Source of the DNA: an uncultured virus (IMG/VR IMGVR_UViG_3300042276_000285)
Taxonomy: Duplodnaviria > Heunggongvirae > Uroviricota > Caudoviricetes
Reading direction: 5' to 3' (one strand)
Virus record (IMG/VR): IMGVR_UViG_3300042276_000285
DNA: 64,000 nt
The notes under the pieces were generated by a model. It had not been told where the DNA came from, made no database searches, and was given only the letters and a program-made list of their open reading frames with translations. How positions within the stretch are numbered: position 1 is the stretch's first letter; every line of letters starts with the position of its first letter. Positions 58,037 to 64,000 of the stretch are shown one piece after another. A program made the position numbers and the translations under genes.

Positions 58037-58617
58037 TGAATCAGGCACAACTGGACAATATAAAAGAAACAGCCGCAGGCGTGGTGAATCAATACTCAAG
58101 TGGATATGCAGACGCTATGCTGCGTGGTACAGAGCAGATAGGCGACCTGTTTGAACACTGTTTGAGGCTTCACTATCTTTGGGGGGTGTTGAACGAAGTG
58201 CGATTGAGTGGTACGTCTCTGTATGTGGGAAACGCCGTTATCTCCGGCGACGACGTAGAGGACGTATATTCAAAGATATGGCACTACAACGGAATATTTG
58301 CGTCCGTAGATCTGTCTGACTATTCAGATATAGTTGCAGACGACGGTGACGGTGGCACGAGCAATGGAGATACCGGCACAGGAATTTCAAGCGACCACTA
58401 TCGGTCAAACGACATAACGTCGGTAGTAGGCACCAATGTGGTTACATTCAGTTCTCCGCTTCCAAGTTCGGACTACACTGTTACCGTGTACAACACAGGG
58501 GCAAATGGCTATCTGCAAAAGAATTTAGTGGTAAGCACAAAAACAGCCAACGGGTTTGTGTGTGGCGACGTATTGGAAGCAGGAACGTTAACCTATTTTG
58601 CAGTAATTGACCTATGA
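58036..58617 (+). CDS. Putative tail-associated protein
   Basis: C-terminal VTFSSPLPSSDYTV module shared with next gene. Confidence 0.6.
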   Translation: MNQAQLDNIKETAAGVVNQYSSGYADAMLRGTEQIGDLFEHCLRLHYLWGVLNEVRLSGTSLYVGNAVISGDDVEDVYSKIWHYNGIFASVDLSDYSDIVADDGDGGTSNGDTGTGISSDHYRSNDITSVVGTNVVTFSSPLPSSDYTVTVYNTGANGYLQKNLVVSTKTANGFVCGDVLEAGTLTYFAVIDL

Positions 58618-61166
58618 TGAACAATAAGCCATATAAGCTCATTTTAGCCCTTTTTACGGCACTTCTCCTGTCGGGTGGTGTATTTGGTCAGGGGTTCGTA
58701 GAACGTCATATAAAAGGCACAGAAGACGTCGAGACGAACCTTCACTTTATCTATCAGGGGATACACATTCCCGTATTGGATCAGACCTATCATGAGTTCA
58801 GTGCCGATTCGCTTACATGGAGAAAGAGCTACGAAGAAGGAGACTGCTACATACGGTTTAACAACTATACAGACAATTCTGTAAATCCATACACCGGATA
58901 CGAAGGCTATCACCCCGATTCAGGATGGTGGGTGTTTAACTTCTGCACGTGCAACGGAGCCATACCCGACAACATAGGCGGAGTAGATACGATGTTCGTG
59001 TATTACTACCAGACAGATACGACATACATAATTGACACCGTAGTCGTTCAAAACGATGCGCTGGATATAAACATTCCATTTCCCGATACGGTGAGTGGAA
59101 GCACTGTGAACTATCAGGATACGACGTACCATACACACGAATTGTATGTTTTTATAGGAGACAACGAAGACGTAGATACAACAGGCAGATTCGACGGAGC
59201 CGTGTTGAAGTGGAACGCTGTGAGTGAGATGTGGGAAGTGTCCTCTGATCTTATAGGCACAGGGGGAGGAGCATCACTGCGTGTCACAGAAGAAGACAAC
59301 AACCCAAGCGTGGACAACGTTACAGAGATACGTGTAACCAATAGTCACCTGACAAACAATGGAACGGGAAGTGTATCTTTGGATTTGACGATAGACGCCA
59401 ACGAGGCAGAGAATGACTTTTTCAGAACAGGGAAAGTCAGAGTTCCTTCCGGCGACAACTTCATAACGTTTAGTTCAGCCCTGCCCGACACAGACTACGT
59501 GGTGGCAAGCGTGTATGCGCAATTGGACTGGCAGCAGGCACGACAAAGCCTGTGGTACGACAGCCTTGCTGTGGACGGGTTTAGAGTGCTGGACGTCGTG
59601 GACAGTGCCTATGTACACTACATAGCCATACGGGATTTGGATTCTCTGTTGCTGGCACTGAACGGAACAGGACTGGTGTACGCAAGCGGAGCAGACACCA
59701 CATTAGGTTTTTTGTCCAACTCTGTTGACGACAGTACAATTACTGTTTCCAACAACGAATTGCACGTACTGGACACAGCTCTGTATCACAACAACCTTAG
59801 AAATCTAAATTGGGCAGACGCAGGGCACACGATGGACGACACGCTGGAAATGAACGGATACAACGTGGATCAAGTGGGTGTAGTTGGTATGGACACATCG
59901 TATACTGTTTTGGGGTCAGAACCAATAGGTAGCATCTATTGGGACAGCGACAACGGAACGTACAGCTACGTGTTTGAAAACGGCGTGATAGGGCAGAACT
60001 TCTTCGAGGAATATTTTAGGGTAAAAAACGAAACAGGAGCGCAAATAGACAACGGAACACCCGTTATGTATTCCGGCTCGGTAGGAGCCAGTGGAAACCC
60101 GAAAGTAGTGAAGGCTATTGCCGACGGAACAAGAGCACCGTGGACGTTTTTGGGTGTAGCCACAGAAGACATTGCCAACGGTGGTTGGGGTTTGGTTTCG
60201 TGGAGGGGAATAGTACGCGGAATAGACACAGACGGAAGCCCATACGGTGAAACGTGGAGTGCGGGCGATACTATATACGTATCTTCTGCGACAGCAGGAT
60301 ATCTGACAAACGTTCAGCCCAGCGCACCAAACTACACTATATGGGTGGCTATTGTTTCTTCCGCAGGAAACAACGGGTCGTTGCTCATCAGACCAAGCTG
60401 GGACAGCAAAATAACTGATGCCGCCGACGTGAACGGAACCCCACTGACAGAAAGCGGACAGTTCCTCGTGTGGAACAACGACAGTTCTTATTTCGATCCA
60501 ACGTGGAACGTAGATACCTTTAAGGTATTAGACGCATTGTACGGAGAGATGTACAAATACGAAAATACAACGGCCGCTGTCATTGGAACACAAGATACCT
60601 ATCATGCGGTTGTGAATTTTACACAAGGAAGCCAAAACGGAGTTACCTACGTGGCAGGGGCAGAAGGAAGTTTCACGGCAGTGGCAGATTACAGCGGAAC
60701 AGTAGCCGGAACAGTGTTGATAACAGACGTAGGACACGGGTTGTCCACAGGCGACATACTTACAATTCACAATACAACAAACTACAACGGCGTGTTTGAG
60801 ATAACAGTAGTAGACCCGGACTCCTATTACATTACCGACACATACGTTGCCACAGAAACGGGGGATTGGGCAGCAGGTGACTATCTGAGATGTGATGTTG
60901 CGGGTGTGTACATGGCTACATTCCACGCCACTGCATTTGCAGCAGCAGCCAACACGCAGTTTAAGTTTGAGTTGTTCAAAAACACAACAGAGTTGAACAA
61001 CATAGCTGCGTCGCGTATGTTTTCATCTACCGACTACGGGTCTATCAGCGGACATGGAGTTGTTACCCTTGCTGTGGGGGATCGCGTATGGTTTGCAGTG
61101 ATGAACAGAACAAGTTCAACAGATATAACAGTGCGTCACGCAAATGTGACAATAAACAGACTTTGA
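58614..61166 (+). CDS. Tail-fibre-like multidomain protein with N-terminal signal peptide
   Basis: KLILALFTALLLSGGVFG-Q; LGVATEDI..G.VRGIDT cement-like domain; C1q-like C-terminus. Confidence 0.65.
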   Translation: MMNNKPYKLILALFTALLLSGGVFGQGFVERHIKGTEDVETNLHFIYQGIHIPVLDQTYHEFSADSLTWRKSYEEGDCYIRFNNYTDNSVNPYTGYEGYHPDSGWWVFNFCTCNGAIPDNIGGVDTMFVYYYQTDTTYIIDTVVVQNDALDINIPFPDTVSGSTVNYQDTTYHTHELYVFIGDNEDVDTTGRFDGAVLKWNAVSEMWEVSSDLIGTGGGASLRVTEEDNNPSVDNVTEIRVTNSHLTNNGTGSVSLDLTIDANEAENDFFRTGKVRVPSGDNFITFSSALPDTDYVVASVYAQLDWQQARQSLWYDSLAVDGFRVLDVVDSAYVHYIAIRDLDSLLLALNGTGLVYASGADTTLGFLSNSVDDSTITVSNNELHVLDTALYHNNLRNLNWADAGHTMDDTLEMNGYNVDQVGVVGMDTSYTVLGSEPIGSIYWDSDNGTYSYVFENGVIGQNFFEEYFRVKNETGAQIDNGTPVMYSGSVGASGNPKVVKAIADGTRAPWTFLGVATEDIANGGWGLVSWRGIVRGIDTDGSPYGETWSAGDTIYVSSATAGYLTNVQPSAPNYTIWVAIVSSAGNNGSLLIRPSWDSKITDAADVNGTPLTESGQFLVWNNDSSYFDPTWNVDTFKVLDALYGEMYKYENTTAAVIGTQDTYHAVVNFTQGSQNGVTYVAGAEGSFTAVADYSGTVAGTVLITDVGHGLSTGDILTIHNTTNYNGVFEITVVDPDSYYITDTYVATETGDWAAGDYLRCDVAGVYMATFHATAFAAAANTQFKFELFKNTTELNNIAASRMFSSTDYGSISGHGVVTLAVGDRVWFAVMNRTSSTDITVRHANVTINRL

Positions 61167-61201
61167 TGTAAAATAACGATATTTGTAAAAAAAAATAAAC
61201 A

Positions 61202-61591
61202 ATGGCAATTTACAGAGACACAAACACCAGATATGTGGGCACGATAGACATCGAAACGGCCACAATTGTTCCTCAGTTTACACTGCGCACAGGAGCCTTG
61301 GACGACGGGTACTTCAGAACAGACAAAGGAGAGTCTTTTTCTTTTCAGTTGTTTTCCGACGACATCAGCGCAAGTCTTACGTGGACGCTGCAATACAGCC
61401 TAGACGGAACGAATTGGGCAACAGCAAAGGACAGCTCTGACACGGACATTACGGGAACGCTTGTGGCAGACACAGCCACTATTCAGTCCGTGTATGCTCC
61501 GAGGTATGTCTATTTCAGAGTTTCTCTGGCAGTGACGACAGAGACCGGTAACGTGAGCTATATTGTCAGACCCGGAAACAGTGAAAAGTAA
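61202..61591 (+). CDS. Putative virion beta-sandwich protein
   Basis: LQYSLDGTNW ... YFRV. Confidence 0.65.
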   Translation: MAIYRDTNTRYVGTIDIETATIVPQFTLRTGALDDGYFRTDKGESFSFQLFSDDISASLTWTLQYSLDGTNWATAKDSSDTDITGTLVADTATIQSVYAPRYVYFRVSLAVTTETGNVSYIVRPGNSEK

Positions 61592-61776
61592 TGAGAGTAA
61601 TCGGTAAGTTTGTAGGAAGGGACATTGGCAAGACAGTGGGAAAGGCTCGCCTTGGGTCAAAGTTGAACTCTTATGCGATTACAACAGACATCGAAGATGG
61701 AGTTATTCAGGCAATTTTAACAGATAGTGAAGACGGAACACCAGAATTAATCTTAATTGATACGGAGGACAGATAA
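61591..61776 (+). CDS. Small hypothetical protein
   Basis: Translationally coupled (TAATG). Confidence 0.55.
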   Translation: MRVIGKFVGRDIGKTVGKARLGSKLNSYAITTDIEDGVIQAILTDSEDGTPELILIDTEDR

Positions 61777-61778
61777 TC

Positions 61779-63548
61779 ATGAGTAAAGAAGCAAAAAATT
61801 TAGGGGCATATACAAACACGTTAGAATCACTGCGTAGGCTATTAGGTAAAAACAAAGAATTTTTCCCCAAGAATTTAATTAATACCGTTTCTCCAGATCA
61901 CATAACTGGATATTTTTACGATATTTATGGCAGTTTGACTTTAAATTCGAAGTATAATATAACTGAATATATAACAGTTGACGGATTAGTTGGTAAGGTT
62001 CTTTTGTCTTTTTATATTGGGGAAAAAAATTCAATAGTACAACATCATCATTTTAGGTTTGTTACATTTTTTGACAACAATAAAAATTTTATTGCCTCAA
62101 CATCTATTACAGATTATCGCAATTATTATCTTGTTGAAGATGTAGCCGATGCTGTTTATATGAGGATTTCGTACGAAAACACCAGCCTGAGCTCTGAGAC
62201 TGAAAGTGTAATCATATGCAGCGAAGAAGATTTTTATAACTCCTTAATATCAAGAATTGTTCTCGAAAATAAAAATTCATTGCAATTAGCAAGTACGGTG
62301 TTATCAGTTAATAGTAATTTATATAGAAATGATGATGGCTTGGTGGCCTCTGAATATTACAGTTCTTGTGAATTTGTTCCACAACGAGACAAGTTGTATT
62401 ACATACACTTAAATACAGGAGGTGGTTTGCCGTCTGACTTGAACTTTATGACTGTTTTGGATTCTAATGATAATGTTATTTATCGTAATAAATCATCGCT
62501 TTCATATAAAGGATGGGTTTTTCCATCAAACGCAGTTAAAGTGGTGTTGTCGTATCGTAATTTATGTGATCCATTGCTGTTGACTGAAGGTAAAAATTCA
62601 AATGAAAACTATAATTTAAGTGGAGATCTCACTTCTGGAGTTACGTATTATATTGGAGAAAATAATTATATAAAAAAGAATGTAATATTGACATATTTTA
62701 TTCAATTTACAACTTTTTCAAACATCCGAATTGGGAGGGGTGTTGGCGAATATTGGTATTCATATGTTGATGTTAATTCAACGCAGATAATAGCAACAAC
62801 TAAGAACGGGGTTGTGTCCACAGAATCTCACGGACTGACTATCTTGGATTATTTAGTTATTTCATTAGAATCAGACGATTATAATCAGACCATTGTAAAG
62901 ATTAGAACAAACGGGGGGACGTTTACAAGTGCCGCATTTGATTTTTACGGCGACGGAAGACCGTATATAATTCCATACATGGATTGTCAATTATACAAGG
63001 CTTGTGAAATTTTCAAAGATATTAAAAAGACGGTTAGATACTACGGAGATAGTTATTCTGGAACAAATAACGTAGAGCGATGGCCGTATCAAGCGGCATT
63101 ATTGGGTGCTGATTTTTTAGTCAATGGTTTAACTGGCGGAACTTCTGTTGAATTATATGAAATGGTGGTAAGAGACATGTGGTTTGGCAAACCAAACATA
63201 GTTATTTGGGGACTTGGTATGAATGATGGTTCGGACGCAGACGAAAATACCCCTAACGCAACATGGAAGTATATCGTTGATAGTCTTATTCAATTATCAT
63301 ATTTGCTTGATTTTGAATTGATTTTATGTACAATTCCAAATGTTCCATCTAGATATCATGGTGGGAAGAACAAGTATATTAGAGAGTTAGGATTTAGATA
63401 TATTGATTTTGATTCTATTGTTGACAATGGCATTGACTACACGTGGAAATCAGGAATGCTAAGTGCAGATAACATACATCCGTCAAAGATTGGCGCAATT
63501 GCTTTAGCTCATGCTGCCATAGCATCTGTTTCTGAACTCTTTGTTTAG
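61779..63548 (+). CDS. SGNH/GDSL hydrolase domain protein (putative tail spike / esterase)
   Basis: YGDSY, GMND, DNIHP catalytic blocks. Confidence 0.85.
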   Translation: MSKEAKNLGAYTNTLESLRRLLGKNKEFFPKNLINTVSPDHITGYFYDIYGSLTLNSKYNITEYITVDGLVGKVLLSFYIGEKNSIVQHHHFRFVTFFDNNKNFIASTSITDYRNYYLVEDVADAVYMRISYENTSLSSETESVIICSEEDFYNSLISRIVLENKNSLQLASTVLSVNSNLYRNDDGLVASEYYSSCEFVPQRDKLYYIHLNTGGGLPSDLNFMTVLDSNDNVIYRNKSSLSYKGWVFPSNAVKVVLSYRNLCDPLLLTEGKNSNENYNLSGDLTSGVTYYIGENNYIKKNVILTYFIQFTTFSNIRIGRGVGEYWYSYVDVNSTQIIATTKNGVVSTESHGLTILDYLVISLESDDYNQTIVKIRTNGGTFTSAAFDFYGDGRPYIIPYMDCQLYKACEIFKDIKKTVRYYGDSYSGTNNVERWPYQAALLGADFLVNGLTGGTSVELYEMVVRDMWFGKPNIVIWGLGMNDGSDADENTPNATWKYIVDSLIQLSYLLDFELILCTIPNVPSRYHGGKNKYIRELGFRYIDFDSIVDNGIDYTWKSGMLSADNIHPSKIGAIALAHAAIASVSELFV

Positions 63549-63574
63549 TTCACCTTTGGAACAATACAAAGCAG

Positions 63575-63606
63575 GCAGGATTCTTTTTAAGGGTCTTGCC
63601 TTTTTT
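63575..63606 (+). terminator. Rho-independent terminator
   Basis: GGCAGGATTCTT-ttt-AAGGGTCTTGCC followed by a T run. Confidence 0.65.
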
Positions 63607-63860
63607 GTGTTAATTTTACAACATGAAGAACACGCAGGAAAAGTTTGTGGACTCACAGACAAAATTCAAAATAAAGATAAATGTAAAAAAAGCAATACGT
63701 TGGATAAAAAAGAAACTAAAATGAAAGGATTGTATTTTGGAGAATGGATAGACGTGCAGAAGGTAGACGCAGAGTGGCTAAAAGAGCCGTGCTACTTCAA
63801 CACAAAAGAGGGGGTTATCCCGCGTGAACTGTTAGACGACATCATAGGAGAAGAATGCTC

Positions 63861-64000
63861 ATGACAGAAAAAGACAGACTGATTTTTGTTGGATATATGT
63901 ATCCATACGCGAAGCTCGTAGAAGAAGACACAGAGCTGAACTGTCGTATTCAGTTGGCGCAGTTGGTGGCAGAATCCGGGTGGGAAATACCTGAAGGCAA
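63861..64000 (+). CDS. Glucosaminidase (GH73-like) endolysin, 5' part
   Basis: LAQLVAESGW motif; ORF runs off window. Confidence 0.6.
   Translation, partial: MTEKDRLIFVGYMYPYAKLVEEDTELNCRIQLAQLVAESGWEIPEG

Noticed and set aside
23042..63548. Alternative genetic code (TAG/TGA recoding as in some crAss-like phages)
   Set aside because: Long genes are intact in the standard code.
58614..63548. Diversity-generating retroelement targeting tail genes
   Set aside because: No reverse transcriptase and no TR/VR repeat pair seen.

Overview
Part of a dsDNA tailed phage genome, probably infecting Bacteroidota (many TAnnTTTG promoters, a DUF3127-like SSB, a Bacteroidota-type primase), in the standard genetic code. 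The left arm (1-21.6 kb, minus strand) holds small early or accessory genes, a primase-like gene, three GroES-like genes and an SSB. The right arm (21.7-64 kb, plus strand) is a podovirus/crAss-like virion module: ring proteins, terminase, portal, scaffold, major capsid, tail stabilisation protein, ejection proteins including a 2616-aa giant, tail proteins, an SGNH protein and the start of a glucosaminidase-type lysin. The standout feature is an integron-like cassette system embedded in the phage. It consists of two arrays (1-10630 with 20 complete attC-like hairpin sites plus one truncated site; 35198-41991 with 12 sites) and an orphan site at 24445. Both arrays end in the same 23-bp attI-like sequence. 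Unlike classical integrons, the genes run antisense to the attC sites and often sit inside the attC loop, expanding ~130-bp sites to nearly 1 kb. They are bracketed by a second tier of short direct repeats (GNGCGNNGG) and often read in frame through the GTT core, giving modular fusion proteins. The recognisable cargo is dominated by six DNA methyltransferases and a Lar-like protein. No integrase is visible in the window. All product calls are from motif recognition by eye; no database search was run.
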